Origin: Octopus sinensis
Taxonomy: Eukaryota
Assembly (NCBI RefSeq): GCF_006345805.1
Contig: NC_043002.1
Coordinates: 90,148,001 to 90,212,000 of the forward strand
Direction of reading: 5' to 3'
DNA: 64,000 nt
Within the stretch, counting starts at the first letter, position 1. Every line of letters begins with the position of its first letter. This document shows, in pieces, positions 48,417-61,759 of this stretch. A program made the translations under genes and the position numbers. Below the pieces are notes generated by a model, which saw nothing but the letters and a program-made list of their open reading frames with translations, did not search any database and was not told where the DNA came from.

Positions 48417-50433
48417 TATGTGTGTGTGTACTTTGGATAGGAACTTTCCAGGTGCAGAAATCCATGCTCAGTCATGACCACACAAAGATCTATAATGTAT
48501 TAGAATACATAAGATAATGTATAATGTATAAGATTTTATATAGCAGGCTTGGCTATGTGGTAAGAAGCTTGCTTTCCAACCACATGGTTCTGAGTTCAGT
48601 CCCATTGCATGGCACTTTGGGTAAGTGTTTTTTTTCTACTACACCCTCTGATTGACCGAAGGCTTGTGAGTTTAACACAAAATTTCACATTAGCTCTTTG
48701 TTCCAACTTATTGTACATGACAAAAATAGCAGACTACAGCATACATGTGATCACAAAAACACAAATTTCACAACCTGCAAAGTAAACACAGTGATGTCGC
48801 TTGGCTCACTGATAGCTCTCACTGCACATGCAACTGTGTGCTGCCATCTGTTGTCATGCTACAAAAGTAGTCCAGGAACTTTTTGATACAAACTGCAGAC
48901 ACAAATATGCACACGCTCATACACATAATTGTAATAGTTAGTATTTGATTAAACATGCAGCATATGTATTTTAGACGCACACACTTACATACACTATTTT
49001 TTTTTACTTGTTTCAGTCATTAGGCTGTGGCCATGCTGGGGCACCGCCTTGAAGAACTCTAGTCAAACAAATCATCATCATCATCATCATTCTTTAACGT
49101 CTGTTTTCCATGCTAGCATGGATCGGATGGTTCGACCGTGTTCTGGGAAGCCAGGAGGCTGCACCAGGCTCCAGTCTGATCTAGTAGTGTTTCTACAGCT
49201 GGATGCCCTTCCTAACGCCAACCACTCTGTGAGTGTAGTGGGTGCTTTTTACGTGCCACCGGGGCCAGGGCCCAGAGGAGGCTGGCAAACGGCTCAACCC
49301 AGTATTTACTATTTTTAAAGCCTGGTGCTTATTCTATTGTTCCCTTTTGCCGCCCTGCTCAGTGAGAGGAATGTAAACAAACCAACACCGGTTGTCAAAG
49401 CAGTGGTGCAGGACAAACACACTCACACACAATGGGCTTCTTTCAGTTTCTATCTACCAAATCCACTCACAAGGCTTTGGTCGACCCGAGGCTATAGTAG
49501 AAGACACTTGCCCAAAGTGCCATGCAATGGAACTGAACCTGGAACCATATGGTTTGGAAGCAAGCCTCTTACCACATAGCCACACATGTCTTTACAGCTC
49601 TTTGGTATGGTTCATGGACAGTTACATGATACATTTGTTCATTGTGCTTTTGACTATAAACAGCTGTTGCTTGGAAAGCAGGGCTTGGTTGTATGGTAGT
49701 TTAGTACTACTCTACTGTAGTACAACAGATGTTAGTTGCATTCTTACCAAGCAGAACCTTTCCAGTTTCAATAAACTTCCCTGGTAAAAAAAAAAAAAAA
49801 AAAAAAAAAGCAACAACAACAACAAAACAAAATAAATGAACAAACAAACAAACATTTAAATACATAAATTCTGCCTATTGAAAATAAACATTACATGCAT
49901 TCACATGCCTTCAAGTAGATGTATCCCTCTCTCTCTCTCTCTCTCTTACTCACACACATACACACACACACACACACAATCATATTTGCACATAAGGGAT
50001 AATTGATGTTGGTTGGTTTATTTTTAGGAGGTTGGAGAGAGAGAGAGAGTGGGGGAGAAGTGCTCTGTTATTCTATATTCTTCCTGCCCTCCTTCATCTC
50101 TACTAAAATAATCTATGTCTGATGTTGTCCAAATACTTTTAGTCAGAACACTAAGATTGATAACCTTGTGTATATTACAAATAACAGTGTCTTGTGTAAG
50201 TGGTTTCCTTCATGTTGATGGCCGAGGGCAATGTTTTTTAAAGGTATTGTCAGTGCATGCGCTTGTTAGGGTCCCACAGGTGTAAGATCATCAACGTTAC
50301 AAGTTTATTATCTGATGTTTAATGCTAACACATTATAAACTTAAAGCATTGATGGGATGAAAATATACTTCTGAGAGATCTGGAATATAAACACACAATG
50401 ATACAGATCATAATGCTTTATACATACATACAT

Positions 50434-50471
<38 letters not shown>

Positions 50472-50506
50472 GTTTGTGTGTCTGTGTGTATATATGTATA
50501 TATATG

Positions 50507-50537
<31 letters not shown>

Positions 50538-51331
50538 ATATATATGTATATATATATATGCATTTCAATAAACATATCTGTATATGTTTATTGAAAATAA
50601 ATATTTAAAAGCCTAGAGCAAATGCATTAGATTGCTCATATATTGTTACGCCAAATTTTATTTCAATATAAATTATATTTTGATATAGCTTAGTTTTGTT
50701 GTTATTGGTTTGTTGCATGCTAAAAACATTTCCATGGAATTCATGAAAATTACATCTGAAGGCAACTGACTTTTAGTTTTCTCAGAGAAAATTCGGTTAG
50801 TCATAGATACAAGCTGCCCAGTGAGAATTCTGAACAGACATTTCAAGTTTTATCAATATACGACAAGAGACGCAATTGTTTGTCTACGGCACTCAGAATG
50901 GCTTGCTGACCTTCGGACAATCATTTCAGTGGGGAGTTTATACAGCACTTGGGAATTGAGTGGATGAGGAAGAGAGGTACTGTATGGAAATGAATATGAA
51001 AGGAAATCTATCTAACACACACACACACACACACACACATGCACATCCACCCATATATACACACAAATATACATATATTTTGGCATATTAAAAACATGAC
51101 TTTATTCAAGTTTTGCCTGTATATTTTTTTATGGACCATATGTGTATTTATATGTATACATTATCATATTCATTGTTTTACATCCACTCCTCTGTATTAC
51201 CAATAACTGGGTGGGTTGTTTGAGGCAGTTTTTTATGGTATATTGCTTCCTTAATGCCATCCCTTTTAGATGCCTCTTATGATATGAAAGGATATAGAAT
51301 ACTGCGTATATTCTACAATCAGAATTCATGC

Positions 51332-51388
<57 letters not shown>

Positions 51389-51584
51389 ATATATATATTA
51401 TATGTAGAAAAATACAAACTGGGACAAGAACGTAAAACATTTAGAAGACGATACAAAAAACACGGACAGGACATTCGAAACCTTCAATCTTCAGTCAAGA
51501 ACCGGATCATCCTCGCAATTTCGGCTGATATATATATATACATACATGTGTATGTGTGTGTGTGTAAGAGAGAGAGAGAGAGGT

Positions 51585-51760
51585 GGGGGTTGAAAACTGA
51601 ATTATGGTGGACACCAACTTTCATATCAAATTCATCATTTTATTCATTACTCTCATCTTGTTCACTGCATCGTAGTGCAACCCACCCAAGTCATTCATCT
51701 ACCCCAACTTTCCATAGCAACTATCAGGTTACAGAATTCGAGACCGTGTCAAAAGCCTTC
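51585..51760 (-). mobile_element. RTE reverse transcriptase fragment
   Basis: Minus: KAFDTVSNSVT**LLWKVGVDE*L...FDMKVGVHHNSVFNP, matching KAFDRVPR..W..LRKLGV.EW...VGVHQGSVLSP. Confidence 0.8.
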
Positions 51761-52198
51761 TTGATTAAAAAACACTTTGTATATAGTTACTTACATGTGT
51801 GGTTTTCCATACATCATCTTGTGATGCACCTGGATGCATCTATCATAAGTGATGTTTCTTAGGATCACTGGGTGCTTTTCAACTATTAGACATCATTACT
51901 CAGGTGACTCATCTAGTGTTGATAAAGCTCTAGCTTGTGTATGGCTTACACTGCCCCAGGTAATACTACTCATTCTAGGGTTTACACTTTTTTTTTATCT
52001 ACAATTACTTTGAAGACACCTCTGCTGCTTCCATAGTTAACTATTTTATCTACTTATTCCCATGATGCCCCACATCACAAGACTAGGCCCTGCGGAGCAA
52101 CTGGCATGCAAGCGCTCTGTACCCCACCTTGTTTGCTACTCATTGTTTGGCATAACTCTACCAGTTTAGTGTATTTTGTTCTCATCCTCTGCAGAGGC

Positions 52199-52243
<45 letters not shown>

Positions 52244-53175
52244 CTCTTTATTCTTTTACTTGTTTCAGTCATTTGACTGTGGCCATGCAGGAGCACCACC
52301 TTTAGTTGAGCAAATCGACCCAGAACTTATTCTTTGTAAGCCTAGAACTTATTCTATCGGTCTCTTTTGCCAAACCACTAAGTTACAGGGATGTAAACAC
52401 ACCAGCATCGGTTGACAAGCGATGTTGGGGTGACAAACACAGACACACAAACACACACACACACACACACACACATGTGATGAACTTCTTTCAGTTTCCG
52501 TCTACCTAATCCACTCACAAGACTTTGGTCAGCCCGTGGCTATAGTAGAAGACATTTGCCCAAGGTGCCACATAGTGGGACTGAACCCGGAACCATGTGG
52601 TTCGTAAGCAAGCTACTTACCACACAGCCACTCCTACACCTATATATATATAAACATATCTGTAAATAAACATATCTGTATATGTTTATTGAAAATAAAT
52701 ATTTTAAAACCTCGAGCAAATGCATTACATGGCTAATATATTGTTACACCAAATTTTATTTCAGTATAAATTATATTTTGATGTAACATAGTATAATCTT
52801 CTCAGACAATGGAGATCTCTAACAGAACCACTGGTTTAGATACTTCTGCATTATGTCTGGCCTTAGATATGTTGATGCTACAGTGTTTGGAAACTTCAGC
52901 TGCTTCTCCATATCAGCCTTCAGCTCCTGGTCTTGTGCCATTGCTAATAAGTCCAGGGAGGTGGACCAGCTAGCTGATATCATCTCCACACTATTCTTTC
53001 TGAAAGCAGTTGTATTCTCTGGGCAGTGTTACTTAGGGCAAAACCCTTTTGTTGTCTCACTTTTTCTTCATTACAGAGTAGATAAAGTAAGTACCAGACC
53101 TAGCACTGGGTTCAATATGATTGGATAAAATCCTTAAAAGTGGAGCTCCATTCTGGTTACAAGTCAGTGACTTAA

Positions 53176-53396
53176 TTCTTTAGCATCCAGATTACTCCGT
53201 CAAATGTAATGCTTATTCAGTTACACTCTTTTGAATCAATCATGCATTATCTCGTAGCTTTGAAATTTCAATGATGTGATTATTTATTTCTATAGTTTCA
53301 TTGTATGGTAGGTGTGAGGGGCTGGATCTGGCTGGTGTGAACATAAAAACTAGTTGAATATTTGGGCCAGAAATGGCTGGTTTACATGCTAAAGGG
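53176..53396. mobile_element. piggyBac-like MITE copy
   Basis: TTAA|TTCTTTAGCAT...ATGCTAAAGGG|TTAA; same family as 3543-3758. Confidence 0.75.
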
Positions 53397-53632
53397 TTAA
53401 ACTAGCAAAATAAACTATTGTTAAATATTGGCTTCAAACTTTGACACAAGGCCAGCAATTTCTAGGAAGTGGGGAAAGTCAATTACATCAACCCCAGTGC
53501 CAAAAGGATGGAAGGCAAAGTCAGCTTCAGCAAAATTTGAACCCAGGAAGTAAAGATCAACAAAATACCACTAAGCATTTTGCCCAGGATGCTATCAATT
53601 CTGCCAGCTTACCACATTACCATTATTAAATA

Positions 53633-54038
53633 CTAGCTTAAAAGCCACACTTGGTGTGGACTTTTAGACTAGCTCCTGTGGTGGGCTAATTAGGCTTGTA
53701 GCCTAAAGCTAAAGAGAGCAATAATAATAATAAAGCATTTATTGGTACCCTTCCAATATGGTGTTATTTTAAATTCAGTTGAAATGAAAAATGTGTAAGT
53801 TCACAAATTTTAGGAGTTCTTTTAGAATTTGAATTTTCACCTGTTAGCATTTAACAATTCCTCATCCAGACCTGATCCCAATGCTGGATGTTCAAGAACC
53901 AAATGAAGGGCAAATTTTCAATCCCGGGATAATCCTGATTCCAAAGAGATATAATATGTCTATGTAGAACAAATGTAGACTGAGATACAGAGGTCTTGGA
54001 CGGAGAGACAGACAAAATTTTGTGTTTATTATTATAGA
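53633..54038 (-). mobile_element. Non-autonomous Helitron (family 2), second copy
   Basis: Reverse complement of 33785-34190; A|TC start and CTAG|T end on the minus strand. Confidence 0.8.
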
Positions 54039-54690
54039 TAAATTACAAGCTTTCATTACATTTGTACAGAATACTCAGTATCTGCAAAGGAAATATTCTA
54101 TAATATTGACTGAGATACACTTAAAATGACAAGATGGTCTTGGATGGAATGTCTTTCATCATAGGTCAGCATGGCAAAAGACTGACCAAAGGCAAAATTA
54201 GTAACTTCTTAATTGTTTAATTTTTAAAGATGGCCAGAAATTTTCCATGAAACAGAATAGAATGTTGATTATAAGAGTTTCAAGTAATGAAGGCCACTAC
54301 TTCTCTAATGACAAATGCAAGTCCTTTGCTGAACAACTGATTCTCTCAAACGTTGATCAAGAACTTTGGAAGATCTTCTCTTCCTCCTCCTCCTCTTCAT
54401 CATCATCATCATACCCTTCTCCTTCTTCTCCACCTTCTCCCCTCTCCAACAATTGATTGATTGTTTATATTGAATGAAGACAGGGACAAATCAATACCTT
54501 ATCCTTGCAATGTCCATCTACTTACCTACATATGCATACTTATTTATCAATAAATACATACACACACACATAATATATATATATGTATAAATGCATACAT
54601 ATATATGTGTACTTAGAAATGTATCTAAGTGTGTGTACAGACATATGTATATATATAATATATATATACGTATATATATATATATATATA

Positions 54691-54727
<37 letters not shown>

Positions 54728-54760
54728 CATATATATATACACACACATATATATATATAT

Positions 54761-54830
<70 letters not shown>

Positions 54831-55776
54831 ATATATATATGTGTTTGTGTGTATGTGTCTGTGTATGCATGTGTTTATATACAATAGAGTAAGTATGTGT
54901 ATATAAACAAATTCATAGATTTATTCTCTAGCTTTCTCTCTCTCTCTCTCTCTCACACACACAAACACACACTATCTCTCTCTCTCTCGCTCTTGTACAC
55001 AAATACATGCACACACACACAAACACATACTTTTGTTCTGTCTTTGAAGACGATGTCCTGGCTGGATTTAATACATTCAGTACATATTTGGTGAGTCTTC
55101 AGGAAAGGCACTGGCATTGCAGTGTTTACATATTTCATGTAGGATTAAGGAAACACACCGCTAAATGAAGACTTGTGCACACAGTCAATGATGATGACGA
55201 CGATGAGGATGATGATGATGACGACGACAACGACAGCAGTGCCCTTGAACAAGTTTAGTTGTTCTCTGTAACCATTAATGGCCTTGACTAAGCAAAGATG
55301 ATTGGATTCATCCATAAATGTATATTATTTGCTTTTGTTATTGTTGGTGGTTCTGTTGGTGATCTTACAACCGTTGCCATCAAGATTGTTATTGTTGTTA
55401 ACTTGCTGTTTACCATTATTATTACGATCAGTTCTGTTAAGCTATTTCTGATGTCTTTATTACTATTCACTCAATTCTACTATCCACTTGATTAAGTCTT
55501 TGCAGGATTTAGATTCTTCCATACTGCTGATGGTGGAGAAAATACCATTTTATATGCTGCTTCATGGACAGGAAATCTTAGTTAAATAGAGAGTGGTGGT
55601 GGTGGTGGTTGGGAGGGGGAAGTATGTGAGTAAGTGTGTGTGTTGTCATGTGTCCTTTATTGTGTGTGTGTGTTTGTTGGTGTATATAAATTCTACATTG
55701 AAGTAATTCAGCCTATCATTGATTTATATATGTGTGTGCATGTATATGTAAGCATATATGTATATATATGTGTGTG

Positions 55777-55824
<48 letters not shown>

Positions 55825-55885
55825 TATGTAATATATATATATATATATATACTCACATACACATATATAATATATACATATCTCA

Positions 55886-55917
<32 letters not shown>

Positions 55918-56479
55918 CATCATCATCATTTAATGTCTGCTTTCCATGCTAGCATGGGTCAGACGATTTGACTGAAGTCTGGCAAACCAGATGGCTGCAC
56001 CAGACTCCAATCTGATCTGGTAGAGTTTCTACTGCTGGATGCTCTTGCTAATGCCAACCACTCCCAGAGTGTAGTGAGTGCTTTTACATGCCACTGGCAC
56101 GAGGGCCAGTCAGGCGGTATGGCAGGTCAGGCAGTACTGGCAGGTCAGGCGGTACTGGCAGACATACTGAACTACAAAAGAAATGTCACACTGTAAAAAA
56201 TTATTTTTTTCACACATGATATTGAAATTGTATGGATTTTATCACATTTCTTGGTAATTTAACATCAGGAAGATGTCACTGATCCACAACGCCACTCTCT
56301 TTCAAAAGCACAAGGATTGCATTTAGTGTTCAAACTTGATCACTTTTCATGAACATGGCAATGCTCATGAATGCATCTTTATGAAAAGTTTGATGCATAT
56401 GCAAGAAGTTGACTCATTGGGTATAAAAGACACTCAAATTTACCATCCTGTCATTGTCATTTCTTTCCTGAATGTAGCA

Positions 56480-57400
56480 AGCATTCTAAGACTGACACAA
56501 CATCAAAGAGAGCAAGCCATTGGATGTCTCCATGCTGGTCAATGTCCATAGGCCATTGCTAATGACTTGAACTGCAGTATTTGGACATTTAAGTGGCTGA
56601 GAAAATGATACAATGCCACAAACAGCACAGATGATTGTCTATGCAGTGGCCTACTGAGGGTTACAATTGCACATCAAGATTGTCACTTGCAGGACTGATT
56701 GTGGTGGACAATGGAATCAGCTAGGCAGACCATAGAGACTCACCACTGACCATTTGTGTAGAGACAGTTCGCCACTGGCTGAGATATTTCAATCTGTCTT
56801 GTTGATATCTGGCTAGGGGCGCCATCCTCACAGATTGTCATCAATGGGCACATCTGCTGTGAGCTCAAAAACGTCAGAACTGGGGATACCAGCTACGGAG
56901 GACTGTAGTCTTCTCTGATGAAAGTTGATATTGCATTTCTGTAACAGATGGCAGAGCTAGTGTTTGGAGAAGAAGGGGTGGACGTCATGCTGATGGCTGT
57001 GTGGAGGATAGAGACTCATGGGGAGGATAGAGCATCATGGTATCGGGCAGGATTGCAGTCCACCAGAAATTTGGACCAGTGGTCTTCCAAAACATCAGCC
57101 AAGAGTAGGGCAATGGTGTAACCACTGCTAGCTACATCAACCAAGTGCTGAGGCCTCACATTGTGTCATACTTTGCCTGTCATCGGAATCATGTGTTCCA
57201 ACACAACAATGCCCATGTCCGTGCTGCCAGGTTGACAACAGACTTCCTCCAACAGCACAACATCCAGACACTGCCATGGTCTGCCTTAAGTTCGGATTTG
57301 AACCTCACAGAGCACCCGTGGGACAAAATCTAAAGAAGCTAAATGACATCTGTCCAAGGTCAACAACTGCAGCACAACTCACTGTAAGTTTTAACAGTGT
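56480..57400 (+). mobile_element. Degenerate Tc1-family transposase
   Basis: LRLTQHQREQAIGCLHAG (paired-like HTH), FSDES at ~56909, GG.SIMVSG, FQHNNAHV, LPWSALSSDLNLTEHPWD (SPDLNPIE); many stops. Confidence 0.92.
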
Positions 57401-57719
57401 GGCAGTCTGTTCATAAACCAGTTTCTATTTAGTATGTGTGCAATGTTTCATGTATATATATAGATATAGATATATATATGTGTGTGTGTATGATTCAAAA
57501 GAACGTACGAAAATGGAGATATGACATTTAATAAAAATTTATTATCTGCAAAAATCAAACATGGTCCCTTACAGATGTTTCAATTAAGCCTAATAGATTA
57601 AATAGCAATTGATAAAATCATTATATCATCCCTTAATGAAGCTAATTTAACCTCTAATTGAGTCTATATGTGTGTATATATGCATGTGAGTGTGCATATA
57701 TATATGTATATATATATAG

Positions 57720-57773
<54 letters not shown>

Positions 57774-58310
57774 GTATATAATATATATATATATATATAT
57801 AATATTATATAATGTAATATATAATATAAAAAACGAAAAATTAATTCTGTTTTGTCATAACGTAGATATCTATTATGTATCATGCAGAATGGCTGTGAAA
57901 GTACTTGGTCTTGTGTGTGTTAATGTATGTTTGTGTGTGTGCATATATCTCTTACTTTTGTCACTGTAGTAATATGAAACTGAGACAGGTTTGCGTATGT
58001 ATGGTATTATATGTATGTATGTATGTATGTACATGTATGTATCTGTTTCTTTTAATTTTTCTTATGTTCTTTTCCTTTAAACTTCTCAAAGCTGGACACT
58101 AACAAAGTGGCAAAGGTCTTTTGTTTAAGTCAAGACAGCTCTTGGTGGTTTGTGGGCATGAGAATTATTTAGTGCGTGCATATATAAGTGCATAAATAAA
58201 CTTGCATTCATGTTGTGGGTGTGCAGATCATTTAAGTGCATAAATGTGTCAGATTACATTACATTGCTATTTATGTACATGTATGTATGTATGTATGTAT
58301 GTATGTATGT

Positions 58311-58685
58311 GGAGGTGCAATGGCCCAGTGGTTTGGGCAGCGGACTCGCGGTCGTAGGATCGCGGTTTCGATTCCCAGACCAGGCGTTGTGAGTGTTTAT
58401 TGAGTGAAAACACCTAAAGCTCCACGAGGCTCCGGCAGGGGATGGTGGTGATCCCTGCTGTACTCTTTCACCACAACTTTCTCTCACTCTTACTTCCTGT
58501 TTCTGTTGTACCTGTATTTCAAAGGGCTGGCCTTGTCACTCTCTGTGTCACGCTGAATATCCCCGAGGGTACACGTGTTTGTGGAGTGCTCAGCCACTTA
58601 CACGTTAATTTCACGAGCAGGCTGTTCCGTTGGTCGGATCAACCGGAACCCTTGTCGTCGGAACCGATGGAGTGCTTCCACTTCC
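58311..58685 (+). mobile_element. Young tRNA-derived SINE inserted in (TATG)n
   Basis: GGAGGTGCAATGGCCCAGTGG head as at 36811, but a different 3' tail (GTCACGCTGAAT...CACGTTAATTTCACGAGCAGG); many CpGs retained. Confidence 0.9.
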
Positions 58686-58899
58686 ATGTATGTATGTATG
58701 CTATACACACATGTGATTGCATACATATGTTCATATCCCCAAAAATCTAAAATAGATACAATTGAACATTTATAGCCTGGATATAAAAACTCTAAGTTTC
58801 ATATTACTTCTTCATACGTTTTCCTTTTCCTTAGTTTCTCTCAAAATTCACCTTACTTGGGAAGCTTAACTCTACACCAAAGCATAATTTTTGTTTCTT

Positions 58900-59015
58900 G
58901 TCCAGTAGACCAATATCTGGTCTGCATCTGCCAAGGTGACATTGAGCCTCTGGAGATCTTCCTTAATCATGATTAGCCATCTGATGTGGGGCCTGCCGCA
59001 AAGCCTCTTCCATCC
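58900..59015 (-). mobile_element. RTE LINE extreme C-terminal fragment
   Basis: Minus: GWKRLCGRPHIRWLIMIKEDLQRLNV, matching the GxR.RGRP..RW.D.I..DL motif. Confidence 0.7.
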
Positions 59016-59938
59016 CACAGTGTGTCTGTAAATATATATAGAGGTATCTGTGAATGTATTTATGTAGGCACATATGTTAATATGCGAGGCTGTTCTCACA
59101 ATTATTGCTCTTTGACAGAAATGGTGTGACAATACTTTTGTATTGTTGCCACTTATAATTTTCTACTGCAGTAAGAAGATAAATTGGTAAAAGTGATATA
59201 GAAAACAATATTAAATGTTATAGAAAACCATAAGTAATATAGTGCACTATACTAAGTAATATAAAATACCATATTAAATTATATAGATAATATTAAGTGA
59301 TATAGAACACCATATTGAATGATATAGGACACCATATTGATATAAAATACCAGACAAAGGGTAAAGGCCCCTTTTGGTCAAGAATGACCATAGGATTGCA
59401 CCTAGAAAGTTACCCTCCCAGGCTCAAGTCTGAGCAATGTTGTTTATGGAAGACCAGCTGTCACCCATACATACCAGCCTCCTGTCTCCACGCCACCAAT
59501 GTTGTCCAAGAGAAAGGCAAAGGCAAAGGCCAATACAGCTTGGCACCAGTGATGCTGCAATTCATTTCTACAGCTGAGTGAACTGGAGCAACGTGAAGTA
59601 AAGTATCTTGTTCAAGAACACAACAGATAGCTTGGTCTGAGAATTGAACAGCATATTGATGTAAAATATTATAGATCATTATATTGAAAGTGAACACAAT
59701 ATTAAGTGATTTAAGTTATTTAGCTGTGTGTCTTTATATAATGAGTTCAAAACCATACCATCTTATCTGAGTCTATATTCTCTTAGCTTTCTAGTGGTCA
59801 TTTTTATTGTATCTAGAATGTTTTTTGTTTTGTTTTATTTGTACATGTGGCTCTCAAATTTTGGCACAAGACCAGCAATTTATTTGTAGAAAGTGATGAG
59901 AAATTTCATGACCAAAGGCATACTGAGAAGGACTCTTG

Positions 59939-59974
<36 letters not shown>

Positions 59975-60109
59975 GCATCATCATCATCAACATCATTCAT
60001 CCATTGAAGGTGCACGATGTAATATGATGAAGTTTCCAAACAAAAAAATAATCACAAACTACTAAAGGGATCAACCCCACCACACAGACATTTTCTGAAG
60101 GATATTGTT

Positions 60110-60475
60110 TATCTTTTACGGGGGCTTCAGTCATTGGACTGTGGCCATGCTGGCACCACCTTGAAGAGTTTAGTCGAACAAATTGATTGTAGTACACATC
60201 TTGTTTTTTAAATCTGGTACTTATTCTAGAGGTCTCTTTTCCCAAGCTGAACAGTTACGGGAACATAAACAAACCAACACCAGTTGTTAAATGGACAAAC
60301 ACAACACAAACCCAAAGATACCCACAAAGATATATAGGTACATGCATGCACACACACACACATGATGGGTTTCTTTCAGTTTCCATCTTTTTGTAGAAGA
60401 CATTTGTCCAAGGTGCCACACAGTAGGACAGAACCCCAAATTACATGGTTGGGAGGCAAGCTTTTTACCCACCAC
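60110..60475 (-). mobile_element. tRNA-derived SINE (GGAGTGGCTGTGTGGTAAG family), older copy
   Basis: Reverse complement of the neighbouring copy 60529-60930, with internal deletions. Confidence 0.8.
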
Positions 60476-60528
60476 CTGTAAATATATATATCTGCTACTA
60501 TTATAACATTTTCCTAAACTTTTTCACA

Positions 60529-60930
60529 TAGGCGCAGGAGTGGCTGTGTGGTAAGTAGCTTGTTTACCAACCACATGGTTCCAGGTTCAGTCCCACTGCA
60601 TGGCACCTTGGGCAAGTGTCCTCTACTATAGTCTCGGGCCGACCAAAGCCTTGTGAGTGGATTTGGTAGACGGAAACTGAAAGAAGCCCACCGTATATAT
60701 GTATATATATATATATATATTTATGCGTGTGTGTGTTTGTGCGTCTGTGTTTGTCCCCCTAGCATTGCTTGACAACCGATGCTGGTGTGTTTATGTCCCT
60801 GTTACTTAGCGGTTCGGCAAAAGAGACCAATAGAATAAGTACTGGGCTTACAAATGAATAAGTTCCGGGGTCGAGTTGCTCGATTAAAGGTGGTGTGAAA
60901 CAAGTAAAAGAGTAAAGAGTAAAAGAGAGT
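60529..60930 (+). mobile_element. Near full-length tRNA-derived SINE (reference copy of the most abundant family here)
   Basis: GGAGTGGCTGTGTGGTAAG...GGTTCAGTCCC head, (TA)n(TG)n middle, (GAGTAAA)n-like tail; more than 12 related copies in the window. Confidence 0.9.
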
Positions 60931-61359
60931 AAAGAGTATAAAAAATTTCTTGTAGAGAAGATACAAAAGATCAGTAAACCAGTGAAATTTGGAGGAAAAT
61001 ACCATTCTAAAGTTCTGTAGAATATGTTAGCTTGCTCAATAAGATTTACTCTCATCTATGTTGACAGTATTATCAACAGAACGAATTTCTGATTCATATT
61101 TTTCCCCTTCATATTAGAAATTGATCAGGTTTGCAGGATTCCATCAATATATTTACTGTTTTTGTCCATTTGCTGTTTAATCTAAATCTTCATTGGGTCT
61201 GCTGTAGTACATTTCAGCTTTTCAGAGCTTACCTCTAGCTTATTTCTCGCCATCTACCGATTTAATCCACTTACTATTGGCTACTAATCCATTCTAAGCC
61301 ACTTAACCACTGACCATATTTTCTCTTCTAACGAAGAATAGGAAATTTTTTATCATAGA

Positions 61360-61759
61360 CTAGCAGTATCGCCCGGCGTTGCTCGGGTTTGTAAGGGAAA
61401 TAACTATATAAGCATTTTTAGAGATGTAAAGTATAATAGCCATCTCAATATGGCTAACCACAAAGGAGGGGGGTGTTACTGTAGCTTTTTACGTTCTGAG
61501 ATTTAATAATACATTTTTAGAGAGTTACTTCCCTTATATATGCCAAAAATGCATTAAAAATGGGAAATAATGATGGTAATCTTTTTTTAAAATCGTAGAC
61601 TCATCGTAGATGCGTGCTAATACCCAGAAGGGCTTGATAAGAATCACGACTATAAGATACCCGCTTTTGGTTAAACTGCACTGCAAAATGTGGGAGTAGT
61701 TAGGAATCTAAATCGTAGGAGACAGACACCACACAACCTCACTTTTATTTATATATAGA
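61360..61759 (-). mobile_element. Non-autonomous Helitron (family 1), second copy
   Basis: Minus strand A|TC start, CCCGAGCAACGCCGGG hairpin, CTAG|T end; termini match 23439-23937. Confidence 0.9.

Noticed and set aside
51455-51495. Minus-strand CTGAAGA...GAAT-GTC hammerhead-like string
   Set aside because: Helix II and helix I do not pair and GAAA is absent.
51254-51862. 202-aa ORF (and the 204-aa ORF at 27136-27750)
   Set aside because: Composite read-through of microsatellite, pyrimidine-rich and antisense RTE sequence.
54518-54906. IY, CV and TH dipeptide-repeat ORFs here and throughout the track
   Set aside because: Translations of (TA)n, (CA)n and (TATG)n microsatellites.
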